Assembly: GCA_013298565.1 (NCBI GenBank) | Contig: JAAFIC010000007.1 | Location: forward strand, 3,196 to 67,195 | Reading direction: 5' to 3' | Length of the DNA: 64,000 nucleotides | Source of the DNA: Alphaproteobacteria bacterium | GTDB lineage: Bacteria; Pseudomonadota; Alphaproteobacteria; Elsterales; Elsteraceae | Part shown: positions 15,545-23,808 of the stretch, piece after piece | Position numbering within the stretch: the stretch's first letter is position 1 | Layout: every line of letters begins with the position of its first letter | Translations under genes and position numbers: made by a program | Notes under the pieces: generated by a model | The model's input: the letters and a program-made list of their open reading frames with translations, nothing else | Databases searched by the model: none | Told to the model about the DNA's origin: nothing

Positions 15545-17251
15545 ATGTTTCGTTCCCTTAAGATCAGAGAGAAACTTTTGTTTCCAATCGGCCTGTTGAT
15601 TGCCGTTCTGATTGGCTCGACCTATATGCTCGTAACGGAACTGAGCCGTACGACCAAGACGTTCGAGAGCTTGATTCAAACCGAGTTGCGTGCCCGGTTT
15701 ATCTCCAAAGACCTGTCGGCGATCCTGTCAGATAGTGGCCGCTTGGCCAATCTTATGCTGCTTCAGCGGGAAGCGGCGGATTTCACGGCGACCGCAGATA
15801 GATTACGCAGCTATCTTGCGCTCATCCAACCTCGCCGTGACGAGTTGGGGCGGCTCGCCCCCCATAAGGCCACTGCGCTGGAGAAGGTTACGCTGGCGCT
15901 GGTCTCGATGGAGAAGTCCCTACAACCGACTTTGGACCTAAAGCTCGCTCGGGATTTCGAGGGGGCGGCGGCCTATTGGGCCGCAAATGGCCGTTCCGCG
16001 CTGCTGCCCGCGCTAAACGCCATGAACGAAGCCGCCGACCAATTGCAAGCCGCCGCTGCGAAGGCCGTGGTCGATCAGGTCGATGAGGTCAACGAGCTTG
16101 TCTTGGATTTGGTTATCGGCTTGAGCGCGGTTATTTTCGTAATTGCTGCGTTGGCGCTGCTGATCGTGCTGCGCGGTGTCGTCGCGCCGATCAAACGGCT
16201 TACGGCAAAGATCACTCAACTCTCAGGGGGCGATGGCAATTTCGAGTTGCCGGAAGCCGAACGCGGGGACGAGTTGGGGGCGATGGGCCGCGCGTTGCTG
16301 GTTTTCCGCGAGAACGCTGAGAAAATCAAAGTCGCCATGACCGCCGAAGCCGTGACCATCGAGATTGGGGAGGTGATCGCCCAGGCCGCCCGGAACGATC
16401 TAACCGTTCGAGTGAATCTTGACAATAAAACCGGCTTTCTGCGAAACATCGGCGCGCAGATCAACCAGTTGGTTGAAGGCAGCAATAATACGCTGAGGGA
16501 TATTGGCCTAAAGACCCGGCAAGTGGCAGTGGCCGTAGCGGAAGCCAGCGCGGCGGTGGGCCAAGTTTCGGGCGGGGCGCGCGTGCAGAATAATGCCGTT
16601 GGGCAGGTCACGCAGTCCTTGACGGAATCGGCCAAAGCCATCCGTATGGTTTCGACCAGCGCCAATGTCGCCAATGAAAAGGGCGTGCTGGCCGCCAATC
16701 TGGTGGAACGCGGGCGTGGGTCGGCAGAAGATTTGTCGCGGATTGTCGAAAAAGTCGCCCAGAACAGCCGTAAAATCAGCCAGATCACGCAAGTTATCGC
16801 CGGGATCGCCAACCGCACCCATATTCTATCACTGAACGCTGCCATCGAAGCCGCGCGCGCCGGCGAACACGGCAAGGGCTTCGTCGTCGTCGCTCAGGAA
16901 GTGGGCAAGCTCGCCGAAAGCGCGGCCCAGAACGCCCAACAGATCACCGATATCGTCGAACAAGCAACAGCAGACGCGGCGGCAGGCCATACCGCCTCGA
17001 TGCTGGTGAAGCAGACGATGGAGTCGATTGCAGGCGAGGTTTCGGAAACCAGCCAGATGATCCGGTCGATTGCGGTGGCGATGGAAGAACAGCAGGCTAT
17101 TGTTTCGCAAATCGAAGGCAATGTGACCGAGTTGCGCGGTATCGCTTCGGGCAATGCGGTCGCGGCGGAAGAAATCACCGCTACTATGATCCAACTCTCG
17201 CAACTGGCCGACGATCAGCGCAAGCAGGTCGATCAGTTCAAAACCCAATAA
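15545..17251 (+). CDS. Methyl-accepting chemotaxis protein (2 TM helices, HAMP, MCP signalling domain)
   Basis: ATG 15545 follows a GGAG SD (the track ORF starts at TTG 15524). There are two hydrophobic helices. The signalling hairpin is [41 protein letters not shown]. Confidence 0.9.
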   Translation: MFRSLKIREKLLFPIGLLIAVLIGSTYMLVTELSRTTKTFESLIQTELRARFISKDLSAILSDSGRLANLMLLQREAADFTATADRLRSYLALIQPRRDELGRLAPHKATALEKVTLALVSMEKSLQPTLDLKLARDFEGAAAYWAANGRSALLPALNAMNEAADQLQAAAAKAVVDQVDEVNELVLDLVIGLSAVIFVIAALALLIVLRGVVAPIKRLTAKITQLSGGDGNFELPEAERGDELGAMGRALLVFRENAEKIKVAMTAEAVTIEIGEVIAQAARNDLTVRVNLDNKTGFLRNIGAQINQLVEGSNNTLRDIGLKTRQVAVAVAEASAAVGQVSGGARVQNNAVGQVTQSLTESAKAIRMVSTSANVANEKGVLAANLVERGRGSAEDLSRIVEKVAQNSRKISQITQVIAGIANRTHILSLNAAIEAARAGEHGKGFVVVAQEVGKLAESAAQNAQQITDIVEQATADAAAGHTASMLVKQTMESIAGEVSETSQMIRSIAVAMEEQQAIVSQIEGNVTELRGIASGNAVAAEEITATMIQLSQLADDQRKQVDQFKTQ

Positions 17252-17269
17252 CCCCGCTGTGATCAGAAT

Positions 17270-18079
17270 ATGAGCGCGGGGGACGCGGCGATACAGAGCG
17301 TGATGGCGCTGATCGAGGCGCGTTACGGCCTTAATCCGCGCTTGCAGCATGATCGGCTGTCAGCTTTTTTTGCCGACCGTTCCGCCCTTCAGCGTCAAAA
17401 CTTGGCCGATCATCTGCACACCGCGCCGGAGACCGATTCGGTGTGGCAGGCGTTGATCGAAGCCATGCTGGTGCATGAAACCTTCTTCTTTCGCCACAAT
17501 GATCAACTCGCGGTGGTCGCGCGCGATATTTTGCCGGTGTTGCGGCAGCGCGCGCTTGGTAAGCCCTTACAATTGTGGTGCGCGGGTTGCTCGACGGGCG
17601 AGGAAGCCTATACGCTGGCATTTTTGCTGCGGGATACGGGCTGCACTGGAAAAATCCTCGCGAGCGACCTTAGTCCCGAGTCCGTCGCGGAGGCTGTGGC
17701 GGGCCTCTACCGCCGCAAACCCGGCCTTAACAGTTTCCGCGCACTCCCCGAGGCGGCGTGGCGCTATTTCGAGGCGGTCGCGGGAGACGGGTGGCGGGTT
17801 ATGCCAGAGGTGCGCGCGATGGTGTCGTTTCAGGTCCATAATCTGATGCGAACGCTGCAACCGCCCTTGGCCGCCGATCTTATATCCTGCCGGAATACGA
17901 TGATTTATTTCAGCGATGACAGTCGCCGTCACGTCGAAGCAAGCCTGGTTGCCGCCGCCAAGCCCGGCACGGTCCTGCTGCTCGGCCCGGCAGAACGCTT
18001 GCGCTACACCGATGTGTTCGTGCCGATGACCGACGCGCACCCGCAGATTCTGCACTGGCCGCTACCGGGGGGCGCGTAA
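17270..18079 (+). CDS. cheR: Chemotaxis protein methyltransferase CheR
   Basis: ETFFFRH is present, together with the SAM-binding motif LWCAGCSTGEEAYTLAFLL and the CRNTMIYF motif. Confidence 0.9.
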   Translation: MSAGDAAIQSVMALIEARYGLNPRLQHDRLSAFFADRSALQRQNLADHLHTAPETDSVWQALIEAMLVHETFFFRHNDQLAVVARDILPVLRQRALGKPLQLWCAGCSTGEEAYTLAFLLRDTGCTGKILASDLSPESVAEAVAGLYRRKPGLNSFRALPEAAWRYFEAVAGDGWRVMPEVRAMVSFQVHNLMRTLQPPLAADLISCRNTMIYFSDDSRRHVEASLVAAAKPGTVLLLGPAERLRYTDVFVPMTDAHPQILHWPLPGGA

Positions 18080-19080
18080 TGGCGATCCGCGCGGGGTTGA
18101 TTGTGCAAACGGAGTTTCTGCGGCTGGTTTTGCGCCAGTTGTTGCGCCGACAGGTGGGCGTGGAAATCGTTGGGGAGGGCGCGTCTTTGGCCGAGGCAGG
18201 CCAGCTTGCCGCCGTCAATCTGCTGCTGATCGAACGCAGCCTTTGCGCCAGTGCGGCGGAGGTTTTAACCTTGCTTATCCGTTCCCCGACGACGCATTTA
18301 ATGCTGGTCGGGAACGGGGAGGCGGTGGCAAATCTTGCCGGGATTCCGCCCGAGCGCCTAACGCTTCTGGCCGCCGGTAGCGCCTCGGTGGCTCTTGATC
18401 CCTCCTTGCTCGCGGCGCGGCTTGAGGCGGCGCTGCGCGCGTGGCACGTACTTCCCGAGATGCCGTGCCACGTGCCTACCACGGTCCAGCCGCCTCGGCC
18501 CGCCAAGCCGCGCGCGCGCCCGGTAATGATCGGGATTGCCGCTTCCACTGGCGGGCCGGATGCGTTGCAAGACCTGCTGCTGGCGCTCGATCCGCCGCCA
18601 TGCCCCATTGTTGTGGCGCTGCATATTCCGGCGGGGCATACGGCGGGCTTGATCGGTCATCTGGCCCATGCAAGCCGACATCGGGTCTCTCTTGGGGAAA
18701 CCGGGGCGGTGCTAACCCCCGGCATTATTATTCTGCAAGGCGGGATTGATCACGCCGTGGTCCGCGCACGAGATCAGTGGCAGTTGCGCTGCGTGCGCGA
18801 CGGCACGTCGGTATTTCACCCCAATGGCGATATTCTGCTCGGGAGTCTCGCGCGCTTGGGCGTGCCTGTCGCCGGGGTAATTTTGACGGGAATGGGCAAA
18901 GATGGCTGCGCGGGGGCGGAGGCGCTGGCGGCGGTAGGCTATCCCGTTCTCGCGCAAAGCCTCGCGACCTGCGCCGTTCCGGGGATGCCCGCAGCGGCGA
19001 TTGCGGCAGGGGTTGTGACCGACATCGCCTCACCCGCCGACATCGCCCATCGCCTCAATGAGTTCTTTCGCCTGCCGTAG
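18079..19080 (+). CDS. cheB: Protein-glutamate methylesterase CheB with a degenerate N-terminal receiver
   Basis: The catalytic domain is intact: GIAASTGGPDAL (Ser), ALHIPAGH (His), TGMGKDGC (Asp). The N-terminal 110 aa is receiver-like, but the acidic pair is replaced by QTE and the phospho-Asp position reads LLLIERSL (Glu). Confidence 0.85.
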   Translation: MAIRAGLIVQTEFLRLVLRQLLRRQVGVEIVGEGASLAEAGQLAAVNLLLIERSLCASAAEVLTLLIRSPTTHLMLVGNGEAVANLAGIPPERLTLLAAGSASVALDPSLLAARLEAALRAWHVLPEMPCHVPTTVQPPRPAKPRARPVMIGIAASTGGPDALQDLLLALDPPPCPIVVALHIPAGHTAGLIGHLAHASRHRVSLGETGAVLTPGIIILQGGIDHAVVRARDQWQLRCVRDGTSVFHPNGDILLGSLARLGVPVAGVILTGMGKDGCAGAEALAAVGYPVLAQSLATCAVPGMPAAAIAAGVVTDIASPADIAHRLNEFFRLP

Positions 19081-19221
19081 GGGGGGGATTCTGGGGAGTG
19101 ACGCGCATCCGCCACCCCCGTGCCACTGTGCTATGATCAGGATTGCGCCGTCGCCAATGGATCATACCCTAAGGTTAGATCGTCGCGGCCCTCCTTTGCA
19201 ATCAAAAGCCGCAGTCAGAGC

Positions 19222-19461
19222 TTACTTCCAGAGCGGATCGCCCAAGTCGAGATCTTTCTTCTTGGTCAAACCGCCAACCCCAGCGCCAACCGCGCCGCCA
19301 ACAACCGCGCCCGTAACCGGGGAGCCGAGTAGCGCCCCGCCGACTGCGCCAGTCGCGGCACCGATACCGGCACCCGATAGCGCACGGTCCCCCGTGGTGT
19401 TCCCGCAGGCCGCAAGCGCGACTAAGGAACCCGCGAGGAGTAATTTTACGATGGTCATCAT
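19222..19461 (-). CDS. Small glycine-zipper lipoprotein
   Basis: The lipobox is LVALAAC. It is followed by GAGIGAATGAVGGALLGSPVTGAVVGGAVGAGVGG. A GGAGG SD precedes the gene. Confidence 0.7.
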   Translation of the reverse strand: MMTIVKLLLAGSLVALAACGNTTGDRALSGAGIGAATGAVGGALLGSPVTGAVVGGAVGAGVGGLTKKKDLDLGDPLWK

Positions 19462-19491
19462 AGACCTCCCTTTGTAAGCGATTTGGTGATT

Positions 19492-19523
19492 AGAGCCGCG
19501 CGCCTTAACTCTGGCGCGGCTCT
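19492..19523. repeat. Perfect 10-bp-stem inverted repeat in the 5' region of the lipoprotein gene
   Basis: The sequence is AGAGCCGCGC-(12 nt)-GCGCGGCTCT. There is no U-run on either strand. Confidence 0.5.
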
Positions 19524-19541
19524 AAAAGCCGCATCAGGCGT

Positions 19542-19562
19542 GTTTGACACGCCAAGCGTGTC
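19542..19562. repeat. Copy of a dispersed palindromic element (GTTTGAYRCGC..AA..GCG)
   Basis: The sequence is gtttGACACGCcaaGCGTGTC. It is related to the copies at 46041, 46106 and 47623. Confidence 0.5.
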
Positions 19563-19650
19563 GGGTGAGGCGGCGGCCAAGGGCGCGGACGCGCCCGGCC
19601 AAGCGCTTGGCGCGTCAACGCACCTGGCGGCGAGGGCTAAAAGAAAGCGA

Positions 19651-19684
19651 GAGCATCGTGCGTTATAGTTGACGCACGATGCTC
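19651..19684 (-). terminator. Intrinsic terminator of csbD
   Basis: A 12-bp perfect stem, GAGCATCGTGCG-(10 nt)-CGCACGATGCTC, starts at the stop codon. On the minus strand it is followed by GCTTTCTTTT. Confidence 0.6.
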
Positions 19685-19875
19685 TAAGCCTTATCGACAG
19701 CTTTCTTCACGGCATCCTTGGCTTTGCCAACGGCGTGTTGGGCATTGCCCTTCACTTCTTGGGCCACGCCCTCGCGGCGTAGCTGGTTATCGTCGGTGGC
19801 CGAGCCTAAAGATTGTTTGGTCTTTCCAACAATTTCATTAATAGTGCCTTTGATTTTATCAGAGGTACTGCTCAT
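19684..19875 (-). CDS. csbD: CsbD-family stress response protein
   Basis: A 63-aa ORF: KIKGTINEIVGKTKQSLGSATDDNQLRREGVAQEVKGNAQHAVGKAKDAVKK. This is typical of the CsbD family. Confidence 0.85.
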   Translation of the reverse strand: MSSTSDKIKGTINEIVGKTKQSLGSATDDNQLRREGVAQEVKGNAQHAVGKAKDAVKKAVDKA

Positions 19876-20056
19876 AGTTAAAACCCTTTCGTGTTGTGTG
19901 GTGCATCAATGCCTGAGTTTTAGAAGAAAATTCTTCTTATCTCAAAGTTATGATGCTTGGAGTAATTTCAATAATACTGAAGTTTGTGTCGATATTATGG
20001 AGAAGTAAACTTATTTTTTATTTGAAATAATTTAATATACTCTCTGCCGTAACCTG

Positions 20057-21025
20057 CTAGGCGTCCTGCCCCAACCGGTCGATGGGGAAACGAAGGGTCC
20101 AGCGGACACCTTCCGGCGCGAAGATAAGGTGGGAGGTTCCTTCAATTGCGCGGGGCACGAGGCGTTCGATGAGCGACCGCCCAAAACCAAAACGCTCTGG
20201 CGGGGAAACGGTTGCACCGCCCGTTTCGATCCACGTCAATTCAAGCACGATCCGGTTTTCCACCTGCACCCGCTGCCAGGAAATGACAATCGAGCCGAGC
20301 GGGCCGGACAGCGCGCCGTAGCGGTAAGCATTGGTGAGCATCTCGTGCAGGCCGAGGGCCAGATTTTGTGCCGCCTCCGGCCCTACAATCTCCCGCTCGC
20401 CCCGGATCGTTAGGCGATTTTGCAGCGGTGGGTAATCGCCGCCGGTTTCCAGCAGGATCAATTCGCGCAACTCTACCCCGCGCCAGGAATGTTCGATCAG
20501 CAACCCATGCGCGTCGGCTAAGGTTTGCAGGCGGGCGCTGAAGCCTTCCATAAACTCCGGCAGCGTTGCCGCCGAGTTTGCGGTTTGCCGGGCAATTCCG
20601 TTAACAATTGCGAGAAGGTTTTGCGAGCGGTGAGTGAGTTCCCGCAGCACGCTATGAAGGTGCTTTTCTGCGCTCATCAACGGCTCGATCCGCGCCGGGA
20701 GCTTCGAGCACAAGGCCACGGCTGCAAACAGCGCGAGCAACGTCGCCCCTAACCCAGTAGCCTCGATCAACTCTGTCGATACCGGGAGCCAGCGTAGTGC
20801 CACCCCAGTGATTTGGCTAACCCCCCCAGCAAAGGCAAATAACAAGGCGAGAGATGCAGCCCTTTTATACGCTTTGGCCAAGCCTTGATGGCGGTGCATA
20901 GTCCAGATCAACCCGCCCGCCATACAAAAACACGCGAGCGCCAGAATGCTTTCTGAAATCACGGGAAACAGATCGTTTGGGGAGAGGGTCATACCGTCAA
21001 AAAAAGATGGGAAGATTTCCTGCAT
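20057..21025 (-). CDS. Membrane-bound HWE-family sensor histidine kinase (PhyK-like)
   Basis: The N-terminal region has TM helices. The H-box is LTHRSQNLLAIVNGIARQTA, followed by LTWIETGG and ERFGFGRSLIE (HWE signature). It lies immediately downstream of phyR. Confidence 0.8.
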   Translation of the reverse strand: MQEIFPSFFDGMTLSPNDLFPVISESILALACFCMAGGLIWTMHRHQGLAKAYKRAASLALLFAFAGGVSQITGVALRWLPVSTELIEATGLGATLLALFAAVALCSKLPARIEPLMSAEKHLHSVLRELTHRSQNLLAIVNGIARQTANSAATLPEFMEGFSARLQTLADAHGLLIEHSWRGVELRELILLETGGDYPPLQNRLTIRGEREIVGPEAAQNLALGLHEMLTNAYRYGALSGPLGSIVISWQRVQVENRIVLELTWIETGGATVSPPERFGFGRSLIERLVPRAIEGTSHLIFAPEGVRWTLRFPIDRLGQDA

Positions 21026-21064
21026 TGCAGATACTCACCCTATTCCCCTCAGAAAAACGGCGGA

Positions 21065-21865
21065 TTACGCTACTCTGCCGGCTTGCGCGGTTGGCGTTTC
21101 CCCGAAGAACAGCGCTTGGCTAACCACGGCGGTTACGGTTTCTTCGCGGAATGGTTTCGTGATGAGGAATGTCGGCTCCGGGCGTTTTCCGGTTAGCAGG
21201 GATTCAGGGTAGGCGGTGATGAAAATTACCGGTATGTCGAAGGTCTCCAGAATCTCATTCACCGCTTCCAGGCCCGAACTGCCGTCGGCCAGCCGAATAT
21301 CGGCGAGCACCAGGCCGGGGCGGGTTGATTTGGCCAGCATCACCGCTTCCGTATGCGTGCGGGCGTTACCAACGACGGCATGGCCGAGACCGGAAACGAG
21401 AACCTCAAGATCCATCGAGATAATCGGTTCATCCTCGATAATCAGCACGCGCGTCGCAATCTGGCTGCCGATCTCCTGACCCGCGCTGACCATCAACGCG
21501 GTACAATCTTCCAGCAGTAACTCCAGAATCGTCGCGACTTCCTCGGGTCTAAACCCTTCGACGACCGACAGAAGAAAGGCTTGCCGGGGCAGCGGCGTAA
21601 TCCCGCCAATTCGGCGTTCGGTGGGCGAAGCTGGGTCAGCTTCCTCTGCGGTGGCGAGGGGTTGGGCTGAATTCCAAATTTGCGAGAACAGCTTGTACAG
21701 GCTAACGCGCGGATTTCCTGCCTTCTCAAAAACGGCTGGATCGGCAATCAGCGCCTCCAGCAGCGCTACCACATAGGCATCGCCACTCGCTTGAGTGCCT
21801 GACAGCGCCCGCGCATAACGCCGGAGTAAGGGTAATTGTGGGGCGACAAGAGCAGAAATAGACAT
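21065..21865 (-). CDS. phyR: PhyR anti-anti-sigma factor (ECF sigma-like domain plus receiver)
   Basis: The N-terminal part is sigma-like (LLRRYARALSGTQASGDAYVVALLEAL...FLLSVVEGFRPEEVATIL). The C-terminal part is a receiver (VLIIEDEPIISMDLEVLV...LVLADIRLADGSSG). Confidence 0.9.
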   Translation of the reverse strand: MSISALVAPQLPLLRRYARALSGTQASGDAYVVALLEALIADPAVFEKAGNPRVSLYKLFSQIWNSAQPLATAEEADPASPTERRIGGITPLPRQAFLLSVVEGFRPEEVATILELLLEDCTALMVSAGQEIGSQIATRVLIIEDEPIISMDLEVLVSGLGHAVVGNARTHTEAVMLAKSTRPGLVLADIRLADGSSGLEAVNEILETFDIPVIFITAYPESLLTGKRPEPTFLITKPFREETVTAVVSQALFFGETPTAQAGRVA

Positions 21866-21925
21866 GGGGTAATAACCTCGCCCGGCATTTCACAAACCCC
21901 AATATCGGGTCAGTCCACCTTACGA

Positions 21926-21950
21926 AACGCCTTGGGCAAAACTAAGTTCC
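21926..21950 (-). promoter_or_regulatory. EcfG-type promoter for phyR (GGAAC-N16-CGTT)
   Basis: The plus strand reads AACG-N16-GTTCC, which is a perfect consensus on the minus strand. It lies about 60 nt upstream of the phyR ATG. Confidence 0.65.
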
Positions 21951-21978
21951 CGATATTGGGAGAATTAAGCTGACCGGC

Positions 21979-22003
21979 GGAACTTTTAACACAGCGGGGG
22001 GTT
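21979..22003 (+). promoter_or_regulatory. EcfG-type promoter candidate for nepR-ecfG (GGAAC-N16-GGTT)
   Basis: The sequence is GGAAC-ttttaacacagcgggg-GGTT, about 40 nt upstream of the nepR ATG. The -10 element matches at 3 of 4 positions. Confidence 0.45.
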
Positions 22004-22043
22004 TTACTGTCACCCTCGCCCCCGCTATGAAAGTAGAGAACGG

Positions 22044-22259
22044 ATGACCTCCCCCCCAGAAGATGATCGTTTCCCCCGAAAACCAGTCCTGAAAATCGAG
22101 GGTAAATTGCAGGCTCAGATTGGCGAACGGCTCCGAACCTATTACGCCTCAATCGCCTCCGAACCCGTACCCGATCGGTTCAAGGCCCTGCTCGATCAGT
22201 TGGAGAGCGCCGAAAAATCGACCCCTGCGGCTCCCGGCCCGGCTAAAAAGGATGAGTAA
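22044..22259 (+). CDS. nepR: NepR anti-sigma factor
   Basis: A 71-aa ORF with the motif IGERLRTYYASIASEPVPDRFKALLDQLE. It lies between phyR and the ECF sigma gene and overlaps the latter by 8 nt. Confidence 0.7.
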   Translation: MTSPPEDDRFPRKPVLKIEGKLQAQIGERLRTYYASIASEPVPDRFKALLDQLESAEKSTPAAPGPAKKDE

Positions 22260-22806
22260 TGTCGCCCACCGCTTGAAAGAAGCGCTACTGGCTGAGATCC
22301 CGTCGATCAGAGCCTTTGCTATTTCTCTTAGTGGTAATTTGGACCGCGCCGACGATCTCGTTCAAGAGACGCTGATGAAAGCCTGGGCCGCCGCAAACTC
22401 CTTTCAGGAAGGCACCAGCCTGCGGGCGTGGTTGTTCACGATTATGCGGAACACCTTTTATAGCCAATATCGCAAGCGCTGGCGCGAAGTGCAGGATGTC
22501 GATGGCGTTGCCGCCGCGCAGTTGGGGCATTTGGATCTTGCCGATTTTCGCGTACTGCTCGCCCAACTTCCGTTCGATCAGCGCGAGGCGCTGGTTCTGG
22601 TCGGCGCGACCGGCTTCACTTACGAAGAGGCGGCTAAGATTTGCGGCGTGCCGATTGGCACGATCAAGAGTCGGGTCAACCGTGCCCGTCAGCGCCTGAT
22701 GCAGCAGATGGCCATAACCTCTGCCGATGATTTCGGCCCTGACCTTGCCGTTGTCCGCGATGGCCCCTACGCCGCAGAAAAAATATCCTCCTCTGGTGGT
22801 GAGTGA
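22252..22806 (+). CDS. ecfG: ECF sigma factor, EcfG (general stress response) type
   Basis: ATG 22252 (MSNVAHRLKEALLAEIPSIRAFAISLSGNLDRADDLVQETLMKAW). Region 4 reads REALVLVGATGFTYEEAAKICGVPIGTIKSRVNRAR. Confidence 0.85.
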   Translation: MSNVAHRLKEALLAEIPSIRAFAISLSGNLDRADDLVQETLMKAWAAANSFQEGTSLRAWLFTIMRNTFYSQYRKRWREVQDVDGVAAAQLGHLDLADFRVLLAQLPFDQREALVLVGATGFTYEEAAKICGVPIGTIKSRVNRARQRLMQQMAITSADDFGPDLAVVRDGPYAAEKISSSGGE

Positions 22807-22815
22807 ATTTTAGCA

Positions 22816-22840
22816 GGAACTAAATTAAGTGTTAAGCGTT
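22816..22840 (+). promoter_or_regulatory. EcfG-type promoter (perfect GGAAC-N16-CGTT) for the DUF883 operon
   Basis: The sequence is GGAAC-taaattaagtgttaag-CGTT, in an AT-rich spacer about 100 nt upstream of ATG 22938. Confidence 0.7.
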
Positions 22841-22937
22841 GTGTTTAGGAGCCGTGTTGATAGATCAACGCTTGAGTATTTAGCGAAAAAAAGCGTTAAT
22901 ACTTCCTTCTATTATCTCTACAGAGAGAAGTAAAACC

Positions 22938-23216
22938 ATGTTCTCGTCAGAAAAACATGAAAATAACCGTGTGGCGGCCGATGGCTATTCCGCACGCCTT
23001 GATGCAGCAGCAGAGACTGCCGTGACGGCAGCGCAGGAAGCTGCCGCGCAGGCTGGTGAAAAAATCGAGGCGCTCACACACAATGCTTTGCATAGGGGCG
23101 AAAACGGCATCGACGCTCTCAGCAAGCTGGTGGGCCGTAACCCTATGGCAGCGATGGGTATTGCCGCAGGCATCGGCCTATTGGCTGGCCTGATGTGTCG
23201 CCGGGATAGTCGCTAA
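22938..23216 (+). CDS. DUF883 (ElaB/YqjD-like) tail-anchored stress protein
   Basis: It has an Ala/Glu-rich helix followed by the C-terminal anchor NPMAAMGIAAGIGLLAGLMCRR. Confidence 0.75.
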   Translation: MFSSEKHENNRVAADGYSARLDAAAETAVTAAQEAAAQAGEKIEALTHNALHRGENGIDALSKLVGRNPMAAMGIAAGIGLLAGLMCRRDSR

Positions 23217-23626
23217 TGGGCCTGCTCGCCGGGATTATAGGCTTTAGCGCCTCTGATCTGCGGCGGCGGGCGGCGGTTCTGATTGGCGGCATTATTCTTG
23301 GCGGGGTCTTGTTGACCGTGGCATTGGCCTTCCTCTGCGTTGGCTTTTACCTCACGCTACAGGCGCATGTATCGCCCCGCGCGGCAGCCCTGCTCATTGC
23401 CCTTCTCGGTTTGCTTCTCGCCGTTATGGTCTTCGGCTGTGTCGCGATAGCACTCCGCCGCACGCAACGGATGATCGACCGGGCCGTCCGCGCGAGTGTG
23501 ATCGCCAGCTTGGCACCGCCCGCTCTGTCGCTCGCCGTGCGTCATGTGGGTGTTGCGAGCGTTGTTCTCGCTGCCGGAATCGCTTTCTTCGTCGCCCGTC
23601 GGCGCTCGTTTTTTCGGAGGGTGTGA
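23216..23626 (+). CDS. YqjE-like (phage-holin-family/DUF1469-like) membrane protein
   Basis: A 136-aa ORF with hydrophobic helices. Its ATG overlaps the stop of the DUF883 gene, matching the yqjD-yqjE type gene order. Confidence 0.5.
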   Translation: MGLLAGIIGFSASDLRRRAAVLIGGIILGGVLLTVALAFLCVGFYLTLQAHVSPRAAALLIALLGLLLAVMVFGCVAIALRRTQRMIDRAVRASVIASLAPPALSLAVRHVGVASVVLAAGIAFFVARRRSFFRRV

Positions 23627-23799
23627 TGACTTTAAAACTTGCTGTCGGCGTGTTGGCGATGAGCGCCACGGCCTATCTTGCCCTGTTGGGCGGTTTGCAC
23701 GGCCCTTCCTGGCAGCAATCGGTGGCCGAAGCGATTTTGGTGATTCCCAGCACGCTCTGTGCCGCGCAGCGCTGTTCCGGGCAGATTGAGCTTCGATAA
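23626..23799 (+). CDS. Small (57 aa) putative membrane protein
   Basis: This ORF is below the track cutoff. Its ATG overlaps the upstream TGA. The sequence is MTLKLAVGVLAMSATAYLALLGGLHGPSW.... Confidence 0.35.
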   Translation: MTLKLAVGVLAMSATAYLALLGGLHGPSWQQSVAEAILVIPSTLCAAQRCSGQIELR

Positions 23800-23808
23800 T
23801 TCGCAGCG

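Noticed and set aside
19492-19523. The 10-bp-stem hairpin downstream of csbD might be a second terminator.
   Set aside because: It has no flanking U-run on either strand, and csbD already has a canonical terminator at 19651-19684. The hairpin more likely lies in the 5' UTR of the lipoprotein gene or is a REP-like element.
19876-20056. I expected an EcfG promoter upstream of csbD in the AT-rich spacer.
   Set aside because: I could not find a GGAAC or GAAC-N16/17-CGTT arrangement on the minus strand here. I saw only a short GAAGAA-aa-TTCTTC palindrome (19923-19936), so I make no promoter call.
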